Of a stretch of 64,000 bases of DNA, positions 10,401-21,183 are shown one piece after another. The translations under genes and the position numbers were made by a program. The stretch is taken from the NCBI GenBank assembly GCA_964187785.1, contig OZ076414.1, positions 30,628,001 through 30,692,000 on the forward strand. The letters are read 5' to 3'. The stretch is from Amphiscolops sp. MND2022 (lineage: Eukaryota). The notes beneath the pieces were generated by a model. It made no database searches and was not told where the DNA came from. It saw only the letters and a list, made by a program, of their open reading frames with translations. Every line of letters starts with the position of its first letter. Positions within the stretch are counted from its first letter, which is position 1.

Positions 10401-12326
10401 AGGCCGAGAGGGATCTGCTAAGGCCTTGAGCGAGTCGGCGATAAGCGAAAATTCAACTTGCAAAGTTGAAGGCAAGCATCTGAATAGATTGGTAGTCTGC
10501 CATTTGAAGGCAGTGGTAAGCTTGGGAGCAGTCTAATTTGCAGAAAAGTTTTTTGCCTGCCATGTGTTGTGCTGCATCCGACAGCGTGCTTACCGGGTGG
10601 TTATTGTTGATGTAGTCTTCAGTGATTAAATTGTTGATTTTCCTGAGATCACAAGTAGTCTGAGGCGTCCGTTTGGTTTGGGTTGTGCAAAGATTGGACT
10701 AGCGTATTTTGAAAAAGGTAGGGTTGTTATGATTCCATATTTGTGTAGAAGAGCTAGTTCTACGATAATGTCATCTTTGAGGTTGATTGGTGTTGGCAAA
10801 CTTTGACTGTAGGCTGGTCGATCATCGTTTGGTGTGAGTTTAACCTTGAATTCACGATTGGTGCCAATGTCCAATCGGTGTCTGGCAAAATTATCGTGAA
10901 ATTCAATGAGGATTTCTTCAATTTGTTTCTGTTCTTCTTGGCTGAGCGTTGTGTTAGTCCAGTCGAAATTCGAGAGGAAAGCTTTTCTTGATTTTGCATT
11001 GTCTTGTGGGTTGAGTTGTTCAAGTTCTTTGAGCTCAAGGAGTTCATTGTATATTCGTTGTTGGATTGGGGTATACGTTGTAGGATCCCCTGGTTCTTCT
11101 GGTGTTGGGAACCAATAAGATTCTTGTTCGGGGTTTTGTGAAGGAACTTTCAGCAGTTCATTTATGTAGATCTCGGTTGTTTCCTCATGTTGTATCATGA
11201 ATGACAACATCGCTGGATCTACAGGTTGTATATGTTTGATTTGTTCTGGTGTGAGGATTTTAAAGTCTGCTAGATGGGTGTCACAAACTATTGTATATGG
11301 AAGTTCTGAAAAGTTGATTACTTGGTACCCGATAGCATTATTGTTGACCGTACTAAGTGACGATGTGATGAAAATGCTGTCGTGGCTTTCGAATTGTGGT
11401 GAAGGTGTGACTATTCCTGTTGCATCGTGGTCTAATAGGTGGGGCATTCTGCTTGCTATGGCGAGGGTTTCGGCTGGTTGAAGGGTGTATGTATTTTCAG
11501 CAAACAATGGTGTTGCTTGACGCATAGTTACTTGTGTGTCTGGTTTTAATTGCATTGAGAGGTATGGAAAAGTTAGGATGCCTTGTGTGACATCAAAAAC
11601 TGCATTGTTTCTGCGAAGGAAGCAGAGACCAATGAGTGGGTTTGGTAGGTTTTTCATGATGATGAAGTTTTCTCGTAACATGAAATCAGCCACTTCGAAT
11701 TCAAGTAGTACTGTGCCGATTGGTACTTCTAGTTGACCATTGGCCACCATAATTTGGAAATTTGGCGGTGGGCCAGTATCTTTTATTGCTTCATTTACAA
11801 TTAATTTGATTTTGTTAAGGTCTTGTTCAGAGATTGCACTAGTCAGGGCTCCTGTGTCAATGAGTCCGTCAAGTGTGAGTTTTTCGAAGTCCATTGGCAT
11901 GTAGTACATGTGACGTTTTCGTTTCAGTGTTAGCGAGGTTGACATAGGTAGGTATGACAGGTTGCGTTCCTGGTCAAACTGGATATGGTTTGTGATATCT
12001 TCATCTAAAAGGGGTTGTTTTTGTTCATTGCAAGAGAAAGTACTCGGGTGATGAATTGCTGGTGAATTGTCTGTAGGTACAGGGGAGGTTTGAGTATTGT
12101 CTGAAAAATACTTGTCAGGAGCATCTCTCATGAGTTCATAGTATGGTTCTTGTGGGGGTTCATCGTTGTCGGGTTGATTGTGTGTTTGATGTGTGTAGTC
12201 TGGTTCTGTAGTCAGTTGTTTAAGTTGTATGTTTATTGTATCCACTTGACGCTGCCAGTCGTCTTGTGGTTTTGTAGTTGTCATTTGGGCGTTTTGTTTG
12301 CTAAGGCGTGGCGTTTTTAGTTTAAA
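7481..12326 (-). pseudogene. pol: Gypsy pol polyprotein (aspartic protease, dUTPase-like region, reverse transcriptase, RNase H, integrase), multiply disrupted
   Basis: Protease LIDTGA (DTG at 11850-11858); RT YVDD at 10330-10341; RNase H MSDAS...KEF...TDN; integrase HHCC (HGHNSNHPG...CQTC), D-D-E core (QMDIL, ITDLG, LERTH) and GPY module. Lesions: frameshift ~10650, TGA 10453-10455, short deletion after YVDD, TAA 10079-10081, frameshift ~9830, TAA 7875-7877. The reading frame resumes after 7875 to TAG at 7481. Confidence 0.92.
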
Positions 12327-14008
12327 TCCTTGGAAGAGGATTGGTGAAGTCGTTCTATTTTTGGTTTTATAGGTTTTCTAGCTTGTTTGTAAGCTTCGAT
12401 AACCTTCTTTTGGGCTTCTGTGAGGTTCCACTTCGGTAGTCGGTTGTCCATGTTGGCGCCGAAGTAGCAGTTTTCTTCCTCATGACCTGGTGTATTGCAG
12501 TTTTGGCATTTTTCTGCGTCCGGGTCCTCTTCAAGTTTACGCCGTTTTGCTAGCTTGGGGCAGTCAGCCAACATATGACCCGTCTCCTTGCAGTACCGGC
12601 ATTGGTCATTTTAAAATGTCTTGTTAGGTACTGTTTTTGGAGTCTGAGCTTTAGACTTCTCATTTTGTTTTTTAGTTGGTTTTTCCGCATGTTGTTCTTC
12701 TTTGGTGACGGTCATTTGGGTCTTGACCGAGGTTACGTCTGCTTCCAAACCATTTAGCTCCATCTCCCTCTCGAGATGTTTAACGATCTGGTCGTATGTG
12801 CCGTTCTCGAGATAGGCTTGGTTGATGGATTTTTTAAGGTGGGGGGGCATCTTTGCATAGAGTAGGTTCTCTATCATCTGGTGTGCGTTATCTCCGAAAG
12901 CTTTTTCAGCACTTTCTTGGAGTTCTTCAAGGAAATCCGGTAGTTTTTGGTTTTCGGGATCAAAGAAAAGTCTATTGAATCGGTGCTTTGCTGAGGCATT
13001 GGATTCTGGTTTCACGTATTTTCTGCGAAAGACTTTTAGAATGTCTTCCAGTGTGGTAGATGGCGTTCTTTGTATCTTTTTGAATGTTTTTAATGCCAAA
13101 CCTCTGAGGTGTGCGTGAAAGTGGTTAATTTTCATTTCCTCTGTTAGATTCGGCTGCATGCGAAGTGTTGTATGAAACAGGTCTTCAAAGTATTCAAATT
13201 TCTCGTTTTTCTCGTTTTCTCCCTTGAATGTCAATGTGTTTTTCGGGTGAAAAAGTAATTGTTGGGGGTTTTTATTGGCCAGTTTCTCGATTGCTTGTGC
13301 AATTTGATTAACTGGGTCAAGGGGTTTGTTTGTCAATGTTGACGTTGTTTGATCTGCGTGGGATCCAACTGTATCATTTAAAGACTGAGGATTTTGGGAG
13401 CTTTGTAAATGGAGTTGTCTGTTGGCTCCTGTCACCATGTGATAATCCTCCTCCTCGGAGTCTTCTCCTGATATTATTGTTTCGTCTAGATTCGGTTCAT
13501 TTTGACAAGGTGGTCTAGCAGGATTCCTTAATTCTCTCATATTAGAGGCTCTGAGGGGATGATCATCCTCGTTTTCAATATCTGAGTTTTCTATATTTGA
13601 TGCGTGAACTCCATTAGACCTAATACTTTTGGATCCCGATGGTTGTAACTTGGGGATTCCATTTGGTTCAGATCTAGGGTTTGTTATTGTTGATGTTGTT
13701 TTATTTGTTCTTATTTCTTTCAAAATTGCATCAAACTTGTTCTCCATCTCTTCTCTCATTTTCATTATCCTGTCATTGTTCTTTTGTTCGAAGTTTTCTG
13801 TCCAAACTTGGGTTTCGTTACTGATCTGACAAGGTTCTATCAGACTAGATCTGTTTTCGTTTTCACCTAAAGGTTCCTGAATAGCAGTACTAACATTAGT
13901 TAAAGTTTCATTACCTTGCATTGGCGTTTCTACTTGTGTTTCACTCAATTCTCGCTCAGGTGAAGGTGTTTCATGTCTTCTAGATCTTCTGTTTCTCTTA
14001 TTTCCCAT
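12317..14008 (-). pseudogene. gag: Gypsy gag (capsid-like region plus two CCHC zinc knuckles), one premature stop
   Basis: First ATG at 14008 (MGNKRNRRSRR...). In-frame TAA at 12611-12613, then the same frame continues through CRYCKETGHMLADC and CQNCNTPGHEEENC to TAA at 12317. Confidence 0.88.
12320..12326 (-). other. -1 programmed ribosomal frameshift slippery heptamer (T TTA AAC) at the gag/pol junction
   Basis: Gag ends GAT TTA AAC TAA. The -1 frame from the heptamer reads LKLKTPRLSKQNAQMTTTKPQDD, in frame with the 10626..12284 pol ORF. Confidence 0.8.
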
Positions 14009-14400
14009 TGTTCTCAAGTGGAAAACGTGTTGGTTTGCTGGGGAAGAATTTGAATTCAGCTGAGAATTTCAACAAAGCAAATTGGAAAATGAGACAGCTG
14101 TTGATTATGAGAAACTGCTTTTACAGTGGTTTAGAGTGTAGGTTTTATCAACTGTTTCCAACGAGAGTTATTTCAAAGAATGATTGGGGTCTAAGGTCCT
14201 AAGCACAAGGAAAAAATGGTGGGGATTACACCCGTTTTTATGGGTGTCATGGTCGTCATATTCTATTAAAAGAATTACATCATGTGTCGTAATTCTATTT
14301 ATAACTCTAAATATACATTGCATGACAAGCAGAAACAAGTATTGTACAGCTACGACAAAAACCCTGGAAAACTGCACAATGACGTATATACGGTCTTAAA

Positions 14401-14640
14401 CATCCGCATATCAACGAATAATCACATTGCAATAATGGTATAGCACCGTATGATGAAAAACGCTGAAAACCGCATATTGACGCATAAGCGCCGGCGATTT
14501 TCCGCATAGTGACGTGCAAATATCACCGTGACAACGTATCAGGGAAATTACTGTTTTCCGCATGGTGCCGCATAAGCGGTGGTTAAAATCCGCATATTGC
14601 GGTATATGCGTCAGAAATTTTCCGCATAATGGTGCATAAT
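14401..14640 (+). repeat. Degenerate tandem array C, ~32-nt unit, overlapping the LTR
   Basis: Units such as AAACCGCATATTGACGCATAA, TTTCCGCATAGTGACGTGCAA, TTTCCGCATGGTGCCGCATAA, TTTCCGCATAATGGTGCATAA. The last unit is also present at window positions 2-22 in the other LTR. Confidence 0.85.
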
Positions 14641-15067
14641 TATTAATCACAAACAGCATGATGAAGTGTATTCATTTTCACATTTTCGTACTGTGACGCA
14701 TACTCATTGATTTAAAAGGTCCACGTTTAGATTAATCATTGCTTCCATTCAGAAATTATGGCCTAAAGTCAAATAAACAACTCAATATCTCAATCAATAA
14801 TTAAGGTGAAAAGTTAAGAAAACCTGGTCAACATGTCTTAATTCGCATCTGGCTTCCACAATTCAATCAAAGAAACTATAAAATAAATATTTACATGACT
14901 TAACTCGTTGGTTAGGGTAAACAACGAGACAATAAAAGCGAAGAAATAAAAAAGGGGGGAAGGCAGTTTATCGAGTTTCATCAAATTGAGTTTGTCTTCC
15001 AGGCTGCTTCTTCATTTTCCTTTTTACTCTTGCAGAACAGGCCCAGAGCACCCATGAGGCTGCGACA
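14619..15067 (-). repeat. 5' LTR (segment confirmed by alignment; the true inner boundary lies further left, probably at or below ~14400)
   Basis: Copy of 2-449; element strand starts TGTCGCAGCC. Homology to the left copy stops exactly after ...GACA at 15067. Confidence 0.9.
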
Positions 15068-16333
15068 ACAAAGGTTCGGCAGAAAAACTTCGGGTCAAGT
15101 TCAACAGCTTTAGCTTTACATTACAACTGTGTCAACAAAAAGTATTCGAATAGCTCTGCAAAAAATGCATCTTTTTTGCCTTTTCATCCATCAAACCTAA
15201 TTCGGGTCAAAGTTCTAACCATCTTATTGGTATCCTTAACCCTAAATGGATCATGGTATGATGTCGTACTAGTTAAATTCTGCAAGCTTCTATGCGCTGG
15301 CCGTATATTGAAAAAACTCTTAAATAAAACTTTCAGACAATTTTACATAGCATTGCATGCCTTTTCACGGAATATTGACATGATGTCTTCGAAATAAAAA
15401 AAATGGGACCAAAAAATCAGGAAAAATTGGGCGCAGATTTTCCGCTTTTCCAGTTTTTGTTTCTGGCCCTTGTATCCCACTGGTATCAAGATTGGGTCAA
15501 AGTGACTCTACCATTGTTGAAACGCAATCAGGGATACGAGGCGTGCAAAGTTTTTTTATTGGAAGACCTGATTGTCTTCTTTCGAACAAGCTATGAATCG
15601 TGTGTCGGACTTGAACAGTTCAGGTGATATTGCGGTTTAAAGTTTAAACACCAGGTTTTTGGATGGATCCGGAAATAACTTGGTCCATTTAGGGTTAAAA
15701 CCGAAGAACGGTTACATTTACAAAATCTGTTGAGAGGAAACCTTATTTTGAAAATTCATTCCATGTATTTCCATATCGTTTTGGCAGCATTGGCCTTTCT
15801 CTTTCAGCTAAAAAGATTTTTTTTCGGATGTTTTCCCTTTTCTGCATTGGGCCTCTTTGAATCAATGGGGCCAAGTAAATGAATTGGTACTCAGGTTGAT
15901 ATTCACAGCACGCCTATTGTAGTGAATAGTAGCAAGACCATATCAATCATGCAATTCATAAAACGATTTTTCTTTTTGAAAATTTCTCTCTCCTTTAAAC
16001 AAAAAATGTTCGAAGCGTGACTACCATGAACCCATTCAAAGTTTTTGTTTCATATTTGGTGCCTAAGACTACGTTATCGTCACTTGCAATGATTTATCAT
16101 GGTATACATACTTATCAAGGCGTTCGGTTCTAACATGTGGGTTCGATTTGAAATTTTTTCAGCGTTTTTCATACAAATCATTCTGCTTTTTGCAACTTTT
16201 TGCAAGGTGGTTGTCAAATTTAGTCTGGAAAATGATTCCCTCGAGATACTGTTTTCGAACTCTATCATACGTTTGGTAATACGATCTTGCTGCATGAAGA
16301 CACTCGTAGTACAAATTTTTCTTCACATATATA

Positions 16334-16560
16334 TTTTTAGTCGACGCTTTACGTAAGAAAAGATCCGACTAAAGCAGTGGCTCTTTTCAAGACCAGCGAA
16401 TTGACAGATTTCTATAATGGTTTCTATAAATTAGTAACTTCTAACTGCAACTTCACTTAAAGGTTATCCCGGATTTTTTGAGTTCTGAAAAGCAGGAGAG
16501 TATGGGTTCGAGTCTCGCACTATATCAAAAAATTACATGCTTGCAAAAGTACAACTAAAT
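16334..16560 (+). mobile_element. 5' fragment of a HINE-like element (subfamily carrying a tRNA B-box)
   Basis: TTTTTAGTCGACGCTTT...AAAGATCCGACTA 5' hairpin. Body similar to 36800-36960, the reverse complement of 30130-30335 and the reverse complement of 53600-53878. GGGTTCGAGTCTC at ~16505. Confidence 0.55.
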
Positions 16561-17158
16561 TAACGATAAAAAATGTCCGAAATATTGATGTTATATCCGA
16601 ATCATAAACCAAGGAAAAGGAGGGTTTGGGAATCTAATTAGCTTCAAAATTTTTCCCAGAAAGAACTATAATGTTATTGTTTCCTGATGTAAAGATTCTA
16701 CCGACAAAAAAACTCGCTATGTCCCAGTTATTGATAGTGTTTCCGAAGTACAATAAGTCTGGCCAGGAAGAAGACGAGGGTAATACTTTTTTAAATTGCT
16801 ATTCTGGATCCTTCCACTGACGAATATTTGAATAATTGAGTTGAAATTCGCATATATCACGAAGGCGATAACAGGTGACAGTTGATATCACAGGCGAAAA
16901 CTTTGGATTGCATTTTCCTTAGTTCATGCATTATACAAAAAGTTCTAGGAGCAGGAATCGGAATCACAATTTTTGTTTAGAATTCAAGTGAAAATTTGAA
17001 GAACCACTTGGTTTTTTGAATATTTTCGAAATTTCTAAACTTCATCAAGCAATTTCTCAAAATTCCTGACCGGTAGCGATAACTTCAAAGAGCTGTAGCT
17101 AGCGATAGCGTTTAACTCGAGTAGCGATCAAAAAAACACTGACTTGAAATAAGCAGAA

Positions 17159-17568
17159 TTTTAAACGGTGTCGGGTCACAAGTCCGAAAGAATAAAATAA
17201 AATTTTCTCGTCAATAAGATTTCCGAAATCACAGCGTCGTTCAAGATTTCCCACACATAATTCTTGCAATCTGATTGGCTGACGGGGTCGAACCGGAACC
17301 AAGTCCGTTCAAAGATGAAAAAAATGAATTTTTCAATTTCCCCTAGTCAGCTATGTTCACATAATCCTAGTGCCCTAAATGCAGGAGCGAAGCGGAGCGA
17401 CGTGCCATATGGCCATGCCTCAATGTTGCTACTTGGCGAAGGGAGCGAAGCGACCGAGCCATACAACAAATATGCTAAGTATTTTTCGGACTTGTGCAAC
17501 CCAAATTCATTTTCGGACTTATGCAACCCAAATTTATTTTCGGACTTGTGAATAGCCGCCGTTTTAAA
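17159..17568. mobile_element. Small element with ~30-bp imperfect terminal inverted repeats and an internal 30-nt tandem repeat
   Basis: TTTAAACGG...TCACAAGTCCGAAA (17159-17189) vs TTTCGGACTTGTGA...CCGTTTTAAA (17538-17568). TTTTCGGACTTRTGCAACCCAAATT x2.5 at 17482-17551. GAGCGAAGCG motifs inside. Confidence 0.45.
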
Positions 17569-18164
17569 CACACTGACTTAATCAGCAGCGGTCAGAAAAT
17601 TAGGTCCTTGAAAGAACTATTTCATATAGTATTCATCACTTTCAAAGTTTGTTCGTTCACGCCAACGTAACAATTTGCTTGGACATTGACAAAATTTACA
17701 TTTGATTTTTTGAATTCTTGGATGATGACCCTATTTATCAAATGAAACGCCAGTCGCGTTACATGTATTCATCCATTTCTTCACACTTCCGAATACATGT
17801 ATGATGTTTAAACGTGGCGGCTTAACGTGACGGCTTAAAACTTTTCACACTTCTCTTTTTCAATTCTGAGCGAACGGCTCGATCATATTACTTCATAGCA
17901 CAATTTGCAATTTCTTCACACTTGTTAACATTTGACATCGTCGTCGTTGTTGTGAAACTTGTCAGATTCAATGATTGAAACAGTGATGTGAATCCATGGT
18001 TCGAGGTTTCTTTATATCCCGACATCCGACTGCAGCCTTTTGTATTTCATTCTTTTTAAACAAGACTTCCAAGCCATGTGCAAAATTGATCCTGACAAAC
18101 TTTATCCTTGGCCTTGCAAATTGCCTCCGATTTTTCCGAGTAAGAAAGGATTACGTACCAAATA

Positions 18165-18445
18165 AAATAATAGCAAATAAAAAAACAAAATTGGTTTCAA
18201 ATAACATAAAAATGAAATTAGTTTCAAATAACAAAAATAAAACCGAATACCCGGTTAAACAATCGAACTCACGAAATTTTATCTGTAATTTTCATACTCA
18301 TTTTAGTGAATCTTTTGAATTGTGAATGCTTTTGGCTACTAAAACTTTCTCGTTAACAATTTTATTTTTGTTTAGTGACACTTTTCATTTTTGTTATTTG
18401 AAACTAATTTTGTGTTTTATGTCATTTGCTCTTGTGTTATTTGGG
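18165..18445. repeat. AT-rich imperfect inverted repeat (MITE-like)
   Basis: CAAAATTGGTTTCAAATAACATAAAAATGAAA (~18187-18218) vs TTTCATTTTTGTTATTTGAAACTAATTTTG (~18383-18411). Confidence 0.45.
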
Positions 18446-19039
18446 AATTCACCGTAAGAAAGATGGCCCGAGTGTTGTTTTTCCCTCAGTTGAGTAAAAA
18501 CATCAAAGTTCAACAAATTTGCTAAGCTATTTTGGATCTGATCAACAACTTTTCGGAACAAATGTACAGAAAACGCTTTGTCAAGTTTAAATCAGGGAGG
18601 TCTTGATTTGGATAGCCTGTGGTGATGCTTGCAGGGGATTCTTTCCCATTTCTACGGGGGACGTTATTTCACTAAAACCAGTCACTAACTTTTGACCTCG
18701 TTCGGTTTAGTTTAATAGCTGCGACCGAATTTTGTGGTTTCTAAATCCCGCCAAACCAGATTTAAACTAATTTGGCATGCAATTATTGGTAATTTGGCGA
18801 TTAGCATCAACAATCTAACAATTAAAACATAATAAGTCAAAAGGGTGATTGTCAAAAGTGGATGATTGTTATGGCTTATTGTGTTGCCCAAGTGTTGGGC
18901 TTATTGTGCGTTGAAATTCTTGCGTCCCTGGATAAGTTTTATTGGCAAGTCAGATTAAAGAGCAACTAGCCGGATAGGTCTGCTGTATGTTTGCTCAATC
19001 CAGCTTCACTAAAGAGCGATTGTTCTAAATTAGTAATCT

Positions 19040-19300
19040 ACGCTCCTATTGGCTAAAATTGTCCGACCAGTTGACAGCTCTCAACTCGTCAGATAGTCCG
19101 TGAAATCTTGTCCGTACGTGTGACGTAATCTTTCGGTGTTGTATCTTGTCTCAGTTGCTAATTACTTAATTGCTAATTAACACAAACGACCCTAATTGTC
19201 ACTAACCCCGATTAGTTATCTGTAGATAAAAACAAAACCTTATTTTATTATCACAATTTTATTTTCATCAATCAGTTTAGAATACACAAAACAATTCCTC
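19040..19300 (+). promoter_or_regulatory. Putative CELF core/proximal promoter
   Basis: Non-repetitive region upstream of the ATG with an inverted CCAAT (ATTGG 19048-19052), CRE-like TGACGTAA (19121-19128), clustered TAATTA/TAATTG homeodomain-type sites (19159-19197) and TCAGTT initiator-like motifs (~19151, ~19290). Motif-level evidence only. Confidence 0.35.
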
Positions 19301-19472
19301 TCTATTTTCATCGTCAATTCCTGCTAGAATTTAGACGTCTTGCCATTTTTCTGTCTGTCATTTTGGCCCCTTTCCCAGTTTTTGTCTCACTCTTCCGCTT
19401 TCTTTGTGTTCGATTCAATTCGACTTGTTATTCATTTTTCAATTTGACCTTTATTTGGCGGGGAACTGAACA

Positions 19473-19953
19473 ATGCTTCGTGGTAACAACGGCACCAGTT
19501 TGGGAACCAGTCAAATCGATCAGCCAATTCACGCCAACAACGACCAAATGGCGATCAATCAGAACTTAAACAACAACAACAACGTTGAAAAAATGCCCTT
19601 GAAAAGCATCACGTCTGCGGAAAATGTTCAAATCTGTCCTTCCAGCACTACCGGAGGTATGAAACCTTTTCCCCCTTTCGCCCAAAAAATGGGACCCGTT
19701 AATAACAATGCCATGTCTCAGCTGCCGATGAACAGTTATGGCTCGCCAAAAATGGGTCACGAGAAGGGATATGGGAGCATGTCAAGCTCCAGGAACAGCA
19801 CAAACTCCGAGAAAAGCTCGGATTCGATCAAACTTTTTGTTGGACAGATCCCCAGAGACTTACAAGAGCATAATTTACGCCCCATATTTGAGGAATTCGG
19901 GGAAATTTTGGAGTTTACCATTCTCAAAGATAAATATACTGGAATGCACAAAG
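19473..19953 (+). CDS. CELF3-6: CELF3-6 (Bruno-like/UNC-75-type) RNA-binding protein, coding exon 1: N-terminal extension and start of RRM1
   Basis: ...[43 protein letters not shown] matches RRM1 of CELF3-6 rather than CELF1/2. Donor AAG|GTAAAT, phase 1. Confidence 0.95.
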
Positions 19954-20770
19954 GTAAATATGTTTTGTTGAACTTGTTATTTTTGAATTTGCAGCAGTCT
20001 TTTAACGAGCTAATTTGACCCTTACTCGACTAATTCGCCGAACTACGTCTATTATTGTTTTCACAATCAGTTATTGTTACCTTGTTTCGAATGATGGTTT
20101 TACCAGCTTAAATTTTGAAACTTGAAGTCAATTTCTTGATTTGATTCACTATTAATCCACAACCAAATTTGGACGGAGATTCTTTTTAATTCTTCAGTTT
20201 TGATGAATGAACTTGATATTAATACGTTTAGATGATCCAATGTACAGCTCAAGTTCAATTCTCTTATGCCAAAAAACACAAAATTTTGATTTTTGAAATA
20301 TTATCCTGAAACGGAACCTTTTTCGAATTTGAACTAGATTCTATTGTTTTGTTTTCTAATGCGTAATTAAAAAATTTATGATGACTGGAAGTTCAACCAA
20401 TTTGGGGCATTTTCCATAACCAACGTCAAAAGTTTTAACCCTGATTTCGGATTTCGCCGATTCAAGGTCATTCTTCAGTAGCCCTGGGTATCTCCTAGAT
20501 GGTTTCTGACATTTTTGCCTGAAATAATTCCTGAAGAAAGTTTCAACAGAAAATGAACATTGGTATTTTGCCTCAGGTAAAAATAAAGAGCATAGCTCGG
20601 AGTTCTAGGCAATAAAATTTTTAAGGTGTTGATTTGTGCCAAACATCACTTGAAAAGCTTTGAGGAAACTCAGGGATACAACAATATATCATGAAAGTTA
20701 CGATAACTGATACGGGGACAAAATGTTTCACAAACCTGTCAAAAATGGTCAGAAAAGTTGTTCTCTTAAC

Positions 20771-21183
20771 CAGAGTTGGCATGTTTTAAACAGGGGGTGT
20801 TTAAAACAGTTTTAAACACTTGTTTTTTGCATGTTTTTGTATGTTTTTTTCTAATGGTTTGCTCAATGTTTGGAATATTTTTGCGCCTGAAAATTTTGTC
20901 AGTAGAGCAGTTGGGGGCGGAAAATACCTCGCTTGTCAGCTGGCGTCTTATTTTTTGTTTTCAACTGTTGAAAGATGCTGAACTCTTTCGATGCAAAAAT
21001 TTGCTGAATTTCAAGAACAAAAACATCCAAAAACTGTAGAAAAACTGCTCAAAATGGTAAATTGTAGGGATAAAAGCAGAGTTTTTGGGACCATTTTCCT
21101 AACACGAAAAAATGATGTTTTAAACATGTTTTAAACGTTTTAAACGTTTTTTTAAATGTAAAAACACATTTTGACCAACCGTG
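20771..21183. mobile_element. Non-autonomous hAT-type MITE (413 bp) in CELF intron 1
   Basis: Ends CAGAGTTGGCA / TGACCAACCGTG. 8-bp flanks CTCTTAAC / CTCTTAAA (7/8 TSD). Subterminal GTTTTAAAC repeats at both ends. Confidence 0.75.

Larger units (their letters stand above)
1..15067 (-). mobile_element. Large Ty3/Gypsy LTR retrotransposon, decayed copy; the 3' LTR runs off the left edge of the window
   Basis: Direct repeats at both ends, each ending in CA on the + strand (TG start on the element strand). Minus-strand gag with two CCHC knuckles, then pol in PR-RT-RH-INT order (Gypsy order). ~7 kb of extra internal DNA between the pol end (7481) and the LTR (449). Confidence 0.93.

Noticed and set aside
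7512-13829. Numerous + strand ORFs over gag-pol, and - strand ORFs over the antisense gene
   Set aside because: They are antisense shadows of real coding sequence, with no independent motifs.
14031-14054. tRNA-3'-end-like string (TTCAAATTCTTCCCCAGCAAACCA on the minus strand)
   Set aside because: It is in the wrong orientation to be this element's PBS, and the spacing is off by one for a tRNA 3' half; probably chance.
19954-20018. ORF-track continuation [20 protein letters not shown] after GMHKG (likewise 56081-56208)
   Set aside because: This is read-through into introns; canonical donors and conserved CELF intron positions explain the true structure.
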